Made by a program: the position numbers and the translations under genes
Origin: Spirochaetia bacterium
Lineage (GTDB): Bacteria > Spirochaetota > Spirochaetia > UBA9216
DNA: 64,000 bases
Reading direction: 5' to 3'
NCBI GenBank assembly: GCA_963675665.1
Contig: OY776510.1
Location: 1,600,001 to 1,664,000, forward strand
The notes under the pieces: model-generated
The model's input: the letters and a program-made list of their open reading frames with translations, nothing else
Told to the model about the DNA's origin: nothing
The model's database searches: none
In this document: piece after piece, positions 47,377 through 55,635 of the stretch
How the letters are laid out: each line of letters starts with the position of its first letter
Position numbering within the stretch: position 1 is the stretch's first letter

Positions 47377-48825
47377 ATGAAGATGTATATAGGCGGTTCT
47401 GAAAGAAATTCGTCAGACGGAAAAACAATAGAAGTTATAAATCCTGCAACAAACGAGGTGATTGATACTGTACCATCCGCAACCGGAGAAGATATTAATG
47501 AAATTCTTGATAATGCGAAAAAGGGAGAAACGGTTTGGGCTGCTGTGCCGCTGCATGAAAGAATAAAAATCATGCAGAGATTTGTTGATCTTGTGATGTG
47601 GGAAGATAACCGTAAAGAAATGGCGCTTATAATGTCACGAGAAATGGGAAAGCCTTATAATGAGTCTTACGGAGACTTCATGATCCTGAGGAATCATATA
47701 GAAGGATTTATATCAGCTGCGCGGAACAATCTGACGGGAAATACTCTTCCAATCGGGGGGGGAGCCGGGAAGGAATGGGATTTTGACGTTACCATCCGTC
47801 AGCCCATAGGAACTATCGTCTGTATCATAGCATTTAATGCTCCGCTGACTCTTTTTGCAAAGAAGGTTGCCCCCGCTCTGCTCACGGGAAACTGTGCAAT
47901 AGTAAAACCTGCTACAGATGATCCGCTGACAGTTCTTATGCTAAGCAGACTCATACTCGAAGCAGGTGTTCCGGGGAATGCATATCAGTGTATAACCGGA
48001 CGTGGAGAGGTTACCGGAGATCTGCTGGTCGGCGATAAGCGTATTGCAGGAGTTGACTTCACGGGGAGTACTGATGTAGGCATAAGAATAGGTGAGCTTT
48101 GCGGACGGAATCTTAAATTTCAGAGTCTTGAAATGGGAGGGAATGCGCCGCTTATTATCTGCGCTGATGCAGATGTTGATTATGCAGTTAATGAAGCCTC
48201 CGCCGGAAGAGGCGGGTACCTGAGCGGACAGATATGTTCTGTTGGGAAAAGGTTCATTGTTCATAAATCAATTCATGATCAGTTTGTAAAAACTCTGGTT
48301 GCAAAACTCGGTACTGTAAAGGTCGGCGATCCGATGGACCTTGATACGCAAATGGGAACATTAATAAGCGAAAAGGCTGCAAAAAGGGTTGAGGATCAGG
48401 TTAATCTTACAATTAAACAGGGAGCGACGCTTGTTCTGGGAAATAAACGAGACGGAGCATTTTACGGTCCAACAGTTCTTGATAAAGTAGACAGGACTAT
48501 GGATATCGTCCATGATATGGAAGTTTTTGGACCAGTATTCCCTATTATCACATTTGATACTATGGAAGAGGCTGTTGAGATTGCAAACGATACGAAATAT
48601 GGATTAGGGGCCGGTATTATTACCAATGATTTAAGCTTGGGAATGAAGGTTGCGTTACAGCTTGAATCCGGAAATGTGGTTGTAAACGGACAAACTTTTT
48701 ACCGCAACCTGCTCACACCTTTCGGAGGGGCCAAGGAAAGCGGAGTTGGGCGGGAGGGCCAGACTGCCACCCTGCTTGCAATGACGGAAATAAAGAATAT
48801 CGTCTTTAAGAACATATTAAGATAA
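47377..48825 (+). CDS. NAD(P)-dependent aldehyde dehydrogenase
   Basis: FN.P, KPA, FTGS, LEMGGN.P, GQIC, EVFGP, PFGG.K.SG.GREG. Confidence 0.93.
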   Translation: MKMYIGGSERNSSDGKTIEVINPATNEVIDTVPSATGEDINEILDNAKKGETVWAAVPLHERIKIMQRFVDLVMWEDNRKEMALIMSREMGKPYNESYGDFMILRNHIEGFISAARNNLTGNTLPIGGGAGKEWDFDVTIRQPIGTIVCIIAFNAPLTLFAKKVAPALLTGNCAIVKPATDDPLTVLMLSRLILEAGVPGNAYQCITGRGEVTGDLLVGDKRIAGVDFTGSTDVGIRIGELCGRNLKFQSLEMGGNAPLIICADADVDYAVNEASAGRGGYLSGQICSVGKRFIVHKSIHDQFVKTLVAKLGTVKVGDPMDLDTQMGTLISEKAAKRVEDQVNLTIKQGATLVLGNKRDGAFYGPTVLDKVDRTMDIVHDMEVFGPVFPIITFDTMEEAVEIANDTKYGLGAGIITNDLSLGMKVALQLESGNVVVNGQTFYRNLLTPFGGAKESGVGREGQTATLLAMTEIKNIVFKNILR

Positions 48826-48921
48826 CTGTCATTTTGGAATTTAAAGTTTCATAAAGTATTTGTTTAGAATCAGCGAAAAGAGATCTTGGATCCCTGTTTG
48901 GCTGTTGATTTTGATGATTAA

Positions 48922-50421
48922 TCACAACAGCCCTTTCGTTGATTCATACAACTCCCGGAACCTTCCGTATTTTTCATCATAAAAACCGAATAAACTGCCG
49001 TCTGGAACTATCTCGTCGGCAACCCCGACCCATTTCCCGGATTCCTCAGAGCCTGAATAATAACCGCTTCCGACGGCGGCAAGAAAAGCGTCGCCATAGC
49101 AGGCCCCGAGCGTTTTATCCGGCAGCTGCTGCCGCAGTCCGGTTATATCGCATATGATTTGCATAAGCTGCCGGCTGTCTGCGGCTCCGCCGATTGCTAC
49201 AATTCGTCCGGCAACAGCGCCCTCTGCCCTCATTGCTTCAATATTGTGTTTGATGCCGAAACCGACGGCTTCCTGCAGCGCACGGAAAATATCGCCGGGC
49301 TGGGTCTGAAGGCTGAGGCCGAAGATGAGCCCTTTTGCATCAGGGGCATTAAGCGGTGTTCGTTCGCCGGCGAAATAGGGCAGAACAGTAAGCCCGCTCG
49401 CCCCGGGGGATGATTTTGCGGCAAGTTTTTCCCATTCAGCCATTGTTCTGCCGGGAAATGTATCGTTGAACCATTTGAACATGCTGCCTACAGTCGCCAT
49501 GCCGCCTGTCAGGACCGAGCTTCCGGCATCAATAAAGTTGGATGTCCAGAAAGTTTTAACGGGGTTCAACTTTTCGGTCCGCATAATGAAAAAGTTGCTG
49601 CTGCCGTACATCATCATCATGTCGCCCGGTTTGCATACGCCGGAACCGACAGCCTCTGCTGCGGCGTCGGAGGTCCCCGTAACGACCGGGGTTCCGGCTG
49701 GAATCCCGGTAAGTTCAGCAGCGGTGGAGGTCACGGTTCCGGCTATTTCACTGCTCCAGAGCAGTTCAGGCAGCCATGCCGGGTTTATGAGTTCCGTGTT
49801 TTGAAGGCTGTTAAGAGAGAAATCCCATCTTTTTTCGCGTATGTTGAAAACCGGCGCGTAGCCGATTGCGTTATAGATATCCAGCGTATAGCGTCCGGTC
49901 AGTTTGTAAACAATATAGCCTGTTGCAGTCAGGATTTTTTCGGTTTTTTTCCAGATCTCAGGCTCATTTTTCTTAATCCACCTGACCTTCGGCAGGCATG
50001 CCTGTGATGAAAGGTTTTGGCCTGTCATATTGAATATATTATCAATTCCGACAGATTCTTCGATTTCTGTTATTTCGGTCGCCGCGCGTGTATCAATTCC
50101 GTACATTATGCCGGGCCTTAACGGTAATCCCTCCCTGTCGACCGGAAGTACACATGGCGCTATGGTACTTACCCCGACGGCTTTGATACTTTCAGGCGGA
50201 AGATTGTGATCGGTTTTCAGTTTTATCACAAGTTTACGGCTGAGAAAGACGAAATCTCCCCACCATACGGTCTCCGCATCCTGTTCATAGAACCCGGGGT
50301 GCGGCATTTCCATGCTGTGGGGAACGGTTTCTTCGGCCATAACAGTTCCGTGAGTATCAACAATAACGCCTTTTGATGAGCCTGTACCGATATCAATTCC
50401 AATAAAGCATTCTTTCACCAT
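48922..50421 (-). CDS. FGGY family carbohydrate kinase
   Basis: IGIDIGT...K, EQDA, D.RA, LPYF.GER.P, GG, GDA.LA..G.G. Confidence 0.92.
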   Translation of the reverse strand: MVKECFIGIDIGTGSSKGVIVDTHGTVMAEETVPHSMEMPHPGFYEQDAETVWWGDFVFLSRKLVIKLKTDHNLPPESIKAVGVSTIAPCVLPVDREGLPLRPGIMYGIDTRAATEITEIEESVGIDNIFNMTGQNLSSQACLPKVRWIKKNEPEIWKKTEKILTATGYIVYKLTGRYTLDIYNAIGYAPVFNIREKRWDFSLNSLQNTELINPAWLPELLWSSEIAGTVTSTAAELTGIPAGTPVVTGTSDAAAEAVGSGVCKPGDMMMMYGSSNFFIMRTEKLNPVKTFWTSNFIDAGSSVLTGGMATVGSMFKWFNDTFPGRTMAEWEKLAAKSSPGASGLTVLPYFAGERTPLNAPDAKGLIFGLSLQTQPGDIFRALQEAVGFGIKHNIEAMRAEGAVAGRIVAIGGAADSRQLMQIICDITGLRQQLPDKTLGACYGDAFLAAVGSGYYSGSEESGKWVGVADEIVPDGSLFGFYDEKYGRFRELYESTKGLL

Positions 50422-50443
50422 TATCTCCTTGTATGGGTTCGAC

Positions 50444-51511
50444 TTACAGATAGATCTTTCCGCCCTCGACGACTATTTCACCGTCGACAGTCACTGCTCC
50501 TTCCGTTCTTATGTCCTTTACAATATCCCAGTGAATTGCAGATTTATTAAGTCCGCCGCATTCGGGATAGGCACGTCCCAATGCGGTATGAACTGTTCCG
50601 CCGATTTTTTCATCAAGCAGAATATCGTTGCAGAAACGATCAATCTGATAATTTGTACCGATTGCAAATTCGCCGATCAGCGATGCTCCGGAATCTTTAT
50701 GGATTATCGACTGAAAGAACTCCTGTTCGGTTTCTGAAGATGCTTCAACAAGGCGGCCGTCTTTCCAGCTGAGCCTGATGCCGTTTACAAGCCGGCCGCC
50801 CAGTACTCCGGGGTTCTCAAAGCTGATTGTGCCGTTTAAAGTGGAAGTAACGGGAGCAGTGGCAATTTCTCCGTCGGGAAGGTTGTTTGTTCCTGCAAAA
50901 GACATCCATTTGCGGTTTTCAATTGAGAATGACAGGTCGGTTTTCCACCCGGTTATCCTTACCTGTTTTCCATTCTCAAGCCTGCGGCACCATTTTTCCC
51001 ATTTTATATTTTCCTTTTCCCAGTCTATAAAGCAGGCGTTGAAGAACATATCCATGATTGCTTCACTGGATGTCATTGCCTGCTGTGCAAATGCATCATT
51101 CGGGACCCTGATAAGGCACCAGCGGGTTTTTTCCCATCTTGCTGATGAGACAATGCCCATTGCATTCTGGTTTGATGCAAGCTTGTCGGCAGGAATATCC
51201 TGAAGTTCATAGAGGTTGTGAGCTCCGCGCAGGCCTATATAGACGTCGGCCCATTCCATTCCGTACATTTCAATCTCGGGGACCCAGTTTATTTGTTCAG
51301 AATTACCGTGTTCTAGCACTGAGCGGCGGAGAAGTTCCGATTTCATCTGGATTTGCGGAAATGCCCCCGCCTTAACGGTCGCTTCATATACCGATTGCGC
51401 AAGCGGCCATGTTTCAACCTCAACCATTGCAATCATTACTTTTTCGCCGGGCTGTACTTTTGTCGAGTAATTTACAAGAATATCTCCAAGCTGTTTCCAG
51501 CGTTTATCCAT
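50444..51511 (-). CDS. M29 family (aminopeptidase T/AmpS-like) metalloprotein
   Basis: LV.YS..VQPGE, NLPDGE, GEFAIG, DEKIGGT.H.ALG, SAIHWD. Confidence 0.85.
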   Translation of the reverse strand: MDKRWKQLGDILVNYSTKVQPGEKVMIAMVEVETWPLAQSVYEATVKAGAFPQIQMKSELLRRSVLEHGNSEQINWVPEIEMYGMEWADVYIGLRGAHNLYELQDIPADKLASNQNAMGIVSSARWEKTRWCLIRVPNDAFAQQAMTSSEAIMDMFFNACFIDWEKENIKWEKWCRRLENGKQVRITGWKTDLSFSIENRKWMSFAGTNNLPDGEIATAPVTSTLNGTISFENPGVLGGRLVNGIRLSWKDGRLVEASSETEQEFFQSIIHKDSGASLIGEFAIGTNYQIDRFCNDILLDEKIGGTVHTALGRAYPECGGLNKSAIHWDIVKDIRTEGAVTVDGEIVVEGGKIYL

Positions 51512-51523
51512 GGTCTTCCTCCT

Positions 51524-52327
51524 CTACCTGAGTGTTTTAACCTTGTCCATGAATTCCTTAACACGTCTCTCATCCACTTCGTTATAGAATTCCCCGTCCC
51601 GTTTGAATGTTGTTGCGGTAACAGTTCCGTCTGCAATAGCCAGCTGTTCTTCAACGTTTGAAAGCCTGACCCCCGTGTTGGCAAAAACCGGGGTGTCCGG
51701 TATTGCGTCTTTTACCTTTTTCAGTACGGAAGCGTCGGTTTCCGCTCCGGCGGTAAGCCCGGAAACGCATATTGCATCGGGCAGGTGGTTGAATACGGTT
51801 GAGCGGGCTATATCGGCAATGTCGCGTTCAGCCAGGTATTTTGCTGCTTCGGGTACTATGTTGAACAGCAGTTTTACGTGTTCTCCTCCGATTTTATACT
51901 GGTGCCGGATTACCTCGCCGCAATTTGTGTTCCACAGGCCGAAATCGCTGGCATAGACGCCGGAGAAGATTTCCCGGACAAAAAGCCCGTCCACAGCCAC
52001 AGCCAGATCTATTGAAGCTTTTGGGTCCCAAAGGACATTGACTCCATAGGGGATTTTAAGTTCGCACTTCAGTTCGCCTATTATTCTCGCCATTGTCGTG
52101 TAAGTTATCGGTTCAACTTCGGTCAGGTACGGAAGGCTGAATTCGTTTGAAAACATAATGCCGTCTACACCTCCGTTCTGAAGCGCGACAAGATCCTGTC
52201 GGGCCATTTCGATAACCCAGTCAATTCCCTTTTCCCTGTTCCATCCCGGGTCGCCCGGAAGCGCCTGAAGATGGCACATCGCTATTACCGGTTTGTTTAC
52301 ATTAAATACTTCTTTAAGCCAGTTCAT
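51524..52327 (-). CDS. BtpA/SgcQ family TIM-barrel protein
   Basis: KP.IAM.HL..LPG.P, GGVDG..FSNE.S.PY, GVNVL.D, P.FANTG; start MNWLK after SD aggag. Confidence 0.9.
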   Translation of the reverse strand: MNWLKEVFNVNKPVIAMCHLQALPGDPGWNREKGIDWVIEMARQDLVALQNGGVDGIMFSNEFSLPYLTEVEPITYTTMARIIGELKCELKIPYGVNVLWDPKASIDLAVAVDGLFVREIFSGVYASDFGLWNTNCGEVIRHQYKIGGEHVKLLFNIVPEAAKYLAERDIADIARSTVFNHLPDAICVSGLTAGAETDASVLKKVKDAIPDTPVFANTGVRLSNVEEQLAIADGTVTATTFKRDGEFYNEVDERRVKEFMDKVKTLR

Positions 52328-52347
52328 AATTTCTCCTATAAAAAGTT

Positions 52348-52889
52348 TCCGCATGGATTGGCGGGTCTGTGATATGAAGTTTGCAGGTGAAAGCCGGCAA
52401 ACTTCAAAATGAAAAAGTACACGGAAGTACTTTTATCATAAATCCTCCTGAAATAATTCCCGCCATGGATTGGCGGGTCTGTGATATGAAGTTTGCAGGT
52501 GAAAGCCGGCAAACTTCAAAATGAGAAAGTACACGGAAGTACTTTTATCATAAATCCTCCTGAAATAATTCCCGCCATGGATTGGCGGGTCTGTGATATG
52601 AAGTTTGCAGGTGAAAGCCGGCAAACTTCAAAATGAAAAAGTACACGGAAGTACTTTTATCATAAATCCTCCTGAAATAATTCCCGCCATGGATTGGCGG
52701 GTCTGTGATATGAAGTTTGCAGGTGAAAGCCGGCAAACTTCAAAATGAAAAAAGTACACGGAAGTACTTTTATCATAAATCCTCCTGAAATAATTCCCGC
52801 CATGGATTGGCGGGTCTGTGATATGAAGTTTGCAGGTGAAAACCGGCAAACTTCAAAATGAAAAAAGTACATGGAAGTACTTTTTTCAT
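52348..52889. repeat. Tandem array of a 112-bp unit (about 4.8 copies), each with three hairpins
   Basis: catggattggcggg recurs at 52352, 52464, 52576, 52688 and 52801 (periods 112,112,112,113). The copies are near-identical and have no unique spacers. Confidence 0.97.
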
Positions 52890-53650
52890 TCTATGTCTAT
52901 TTTTACGCCGCTGTTCTGCAGCGACTGTTTCACTTTTAAATTCGGTTCGCTGTTAGTGACAAGTATGTCTATCTCGTCGGGGGTGCAGACAAGCGAAAAC
53001 GCCGTTTTTTCAAGCTTGTCGGAGTCCATTAATGCGATTGTTTTTTTTGAGTGGGAGATAATAAGTTTCTTTATTTCGGCATCTTCGATAATGTATTCGG
53101 TAAATCCGGCATCAGGGCTGAAAGCAGCCGTCGACATGAAAAATTTATCAAAGTATAGGTTTTCGAAGGTCCTGCGGGTGATATCTCCTACAAGAGAGCC
53201 TTCGGTTTTTCGGACAATTCCTCCTGCGAGGATGGTTTCAATGCCGGGATTCGACAGGAATTTTCCCGCTATATGAATGCTCGGTGTAACAATTGTAAGG
53301 TTTCTGAACGACTGAAGCTCTTCAGCAAAAACCAGGGCTGTAGTTCCAGAATCTATAGCTATGGTATCGCCTTCTTCAACATACTCCGCGGCCTTCCTGC
53401 CGATAAGGCGTTTTTTATCCGAAGAAATATTTTTTCGTACACTGAAGGGCGGTTCGTAACTTCTGCTGACTTCCTTGACAGCGCCGCCGTGGGTCCTTTT
53501 CAGAAAGCCTTCGTTTTCCAGTTCCGACAGGTCTCTTCTTATCGTCATTTCGGATACGAATAAAGCGGCAGCAAGCTCGCTGACAAGAACTGATCCGCTG
53601 TTTTTTACAGTGTTTCTGATGTATTGTTTGCGCTTGTCCGATACGCTCAA
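52886..53650 (-). CDS. DeoR/GlpR family regulator
   Basis: VSEMTIRRDL..LE..G...RTHGGA, IDSGTT. Confidence 0.93.
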   Translation of the reverse strand: MSVSDKRKQYIRNTVKNSGSVLVSELAAALFVSEMTIRRDLSELENEGFLKRTHGGAVKEVSRSYEPPFSVRKNISSDKKRLIGRKAAEYVEEGDTIAIDSGTTALVFAEELQSFRNLTIVTPSIHIAGKFLSNPGIETILAGGIVRKTEGSLVGDITRRTFENLYFDKFFMSTAAFSPDAGFTEYIIEDAEIKKLIISHSKKTIALMDSDKLEKTAFSLVCTPDEIDILVTNSEPNLKVKQSLQNSGVKIDIE

Positions 53651-53757
53651 AATTATCTCCTGTGTTAGAAAATGATAGAATGAACATCAAATATGTTAAA
53701 ATAAACTATAACTAACATTTCGGTTATAGTCAACTGAAATTATTGATACGATTTGGT

Positions 53758-53806
53758 TTGACAGCAAAAGTGAATGGTGTTATAGTTGGTTGAATAGAAC
53801 AACTAA
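53758..53806 (+). promoter_or_regulatory. Sigma70 promoter overlapped by an XylR/ROK-type operator
   Basis: TTGACA(53758)-17 nt-TATAGT(53781); palindrome tagttg-gttgaatagaa-caacta (53783-53805). Confidence 0.7.
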
Positions 53807-53823
53807 CCATAACGAGGTATTTT

Positions 53824-54966
53824 GTGAACCTTATGAAGCGCTCCTCCAATATATCAACAATACGCCGTGTTCTCAGAACTGTCTGGCTGAATGAAGGCAT
53901 AAGCAGAATTGAGATAGCAGGAAAGCTCGGCATGGATAAATCGACAATTACCAATATTGTTTCAGGATTAATGGAGCAGGGTATTATCACGGAAATTGAA
54001 GAGGGCATTTCAGGTCCGCAGGGCGGACGAAAGCGTATCAAGCTTAAAATCAGAAACAGTTGCAGCGTGGTTATGGGCATTGAAGTCCAGCCGGAATACT
54101 GCAATGTATGCTGCATTAATCCCGCAGGCGAGATAATCATATATAAAAGATTCCCTGCTGATATAACAGCATTCAGTTTCCGTGATGTATTCTCCGGAAT
54201 TGTAGGAGATGTCAGAAGCAAGCTTGCCGGGCTTCGGCTGCCGCTTTCCGGCATCGGCCTGGGGATCTCGGGAATTGTAAACCCGGCAAAGGGTGTGATA
54301 TGCGAATCTATCCCCCTCGGGGTAACCGAAGAGTATGCAATTCTTGACGAACTGTCGTCTATGGTTGATGTGCCGGTATTTATGGATAACGACGGTAATT
54401 GCTGCTGTTGGGGAGAACTTATTTTCAACAAGTCCGAGGATCTGCAGGATTTTATTTACTGCCTGGTTGAATTCAGGGAACATCATTCGGTTAAAGCCGA
54501 ATACGGTGGAATTGCCGTCGGGATGGGCGTTGTAATCGGCGGAAGGGTTCATTACGGCAGAAACAACAGTGCGGGAGAATTCAGAAGTATATTTGCGGAA
54601 CATGATCAGCACAGACAATTCTCCATAGACCGTGATAAGGAATTTGAGGTCAAAGATGATCCGCAGTTATTCAAAAAATTTTCGGTTGAACTGAGCAGGA
54701 ATATCGCTTTAATGGTAAATACCTTTGCCATGTCCGATTGTTTTATCGGGGGAGATTTGCGGGCCTGCGGAGACTCATTTACGACTGTTTTAAAGAATGA
54801 AATCAAACATAACTGGAATTATCCCGGTGAGCCTTTATGCAGGGTGAGAAGTTCATCACTTGGAGATAAAGCCGTTGCCTACGGGGCTGCGGCAATGATA
54901 GTTGACAGGATGTTTTCCGTTCCCGGACCGGAGGAAACGCCTGAAATACTTTTCGGCGTACAGTAA
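53824..54966 (+). CDS. ROK family repressor (XylR/NagC-like)
   Basis: SR..IA...G....T...IV..L...G HTH, GGR, G.GISG.V, PV..DND.N, G.N..AGE. Confidence 0.9.
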   Translation: MNLMKRSSNISTIRRVLRTVWLNEGISRIEIAGKLGMDKSTITNIVSGLMEQGIITEIEEGISGPQGGRKRIKLKIRNSCSVVMGIEVQPEYCNVCCINPAGEIIIYKRFPADITAFSFRDVFSGIVGDVRSKLAGLRLPLSGIGLGISGIVNPAKGVICESIPLGVTEEYAILDELSSMVDVPVFMDNDGNCCCWGELIFNKSEDLQDFIYCLVEFREHHSVKAEYGGIAVGMGVVIGGRVHYGRNNSAGEFRSIFAEHDQHRQFSIDRDKEFEVKDDPQLFKKFSVELSRNIALMVNTFAMSDCFIGGDLRACGDSFTTVLKNEIKHNWNYPGEPLCRVRSSSLGDKAVAYGAAAMIVDRMFSVPGPEETPEILFGVQ

Positions 54967-54983
54967 ATCAGGAGGGTGCGCAA

Positions 54984-55634
54984 ATGGAGCGATTTACGTA
55001 TAAAAATCAGTTTTTCTCTGAAACGGTGATAAACATTTACAAGGATCTCCTTGTTTCTGAAGTATGTACTGATTCCCGCAGAGTTGATGCCCTGGTCGGA
55101 GATTCCGCTGAAACAATGAAATTTCTAAAGAACCCGGATGCCGCGGTTTCCGGATCTATTGAGGATGTTGCGTTATGGACTGCTGTTATTGCCTATGCCG
55201 CACAGCGAACAAATGGTTTTGATAAAGCAGGCCTTTTTTACAGCGCTGCACTTAACGCAGGATATCAGCTGTCCGAAAGGCTCAAAAAATCGGGAGAAAT
55301 CAATTCCGATGTTCTGCCTTCGCTGTGTTACTGGGCATTTGCCGAACTGTTCCGTCTTTCGGGAGATAATATCTGGCTTGAGTACTGCTGCCTGTTTGAG
55401 GAGAAAATATTTGTCTCAGGCGAAGATTTCTGTCTGGATGACCAGGTTTCATATATTGCCGATTTCAGGGCTGCCGCAGTATGGGCTTTGTACAGGGCAG
55501 GAAATGCCGAGTATTACCGAAATCTTCTGTTAAAAGCATCAGCTCAGGCTGTAATTACTACTGATCAGAATATCGCCGCCGGACATCCGTATGAAATAAT
55601 CATCTACGGCGCGGCAGCTGAATACGGAGAATAA
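54984..55634 (+). CDS. Hypothetical protein (alpha-helical)
   Basis: 216-aa ORF with SD aggagg, tightly packed between the ROK and GH94 genes; no family recognised. Confidence 0.65.
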   Translation: MERFTYKNQFFSETVINIYKDLLVSEVCTDSRRVDALVGDSAETMKFLKNPDAAVSGSIEDVALWTAVIAYAAQRTNGFDKAGLFYSAALNAGYQLSERLKKSGEINSDVLPSLCYWAFAELFRLSGDNIWLEYCCLFEEKIFVSGEDFCLDDQVSYIADFRAAAVWALYRAGNAEYYRNLLLKASAQAVITTDQNIAAGHPYEIIIYGAAAEYGE

Positions 55635-55635
55635 A

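Noticed and set aside
45525-48825. Classical L-rhamnose (rhaBAD) pathway
   Set aside because: Mutarotase, isomerase and ALDH are present, but there is no rhamnulokinase or aldolase in the cluster; the nearby FGGY kinase is in a convergent, separately regulated operon
52436-52872. 62-73 aa ORFs in the track spanning the repeat
   Set aside because: They arise from frame rotation through a 112-bp unit and have no SD-backed starts; only the SD-backed mini-ORF was kept as a finding
52348-52889. CRISPR array or type III toxin-antitoxin repeat
   Set aside because: Units are 112 bp and near-identical along their whole length, with no unique spacers; no cas or ToxN-like gene is adjacent
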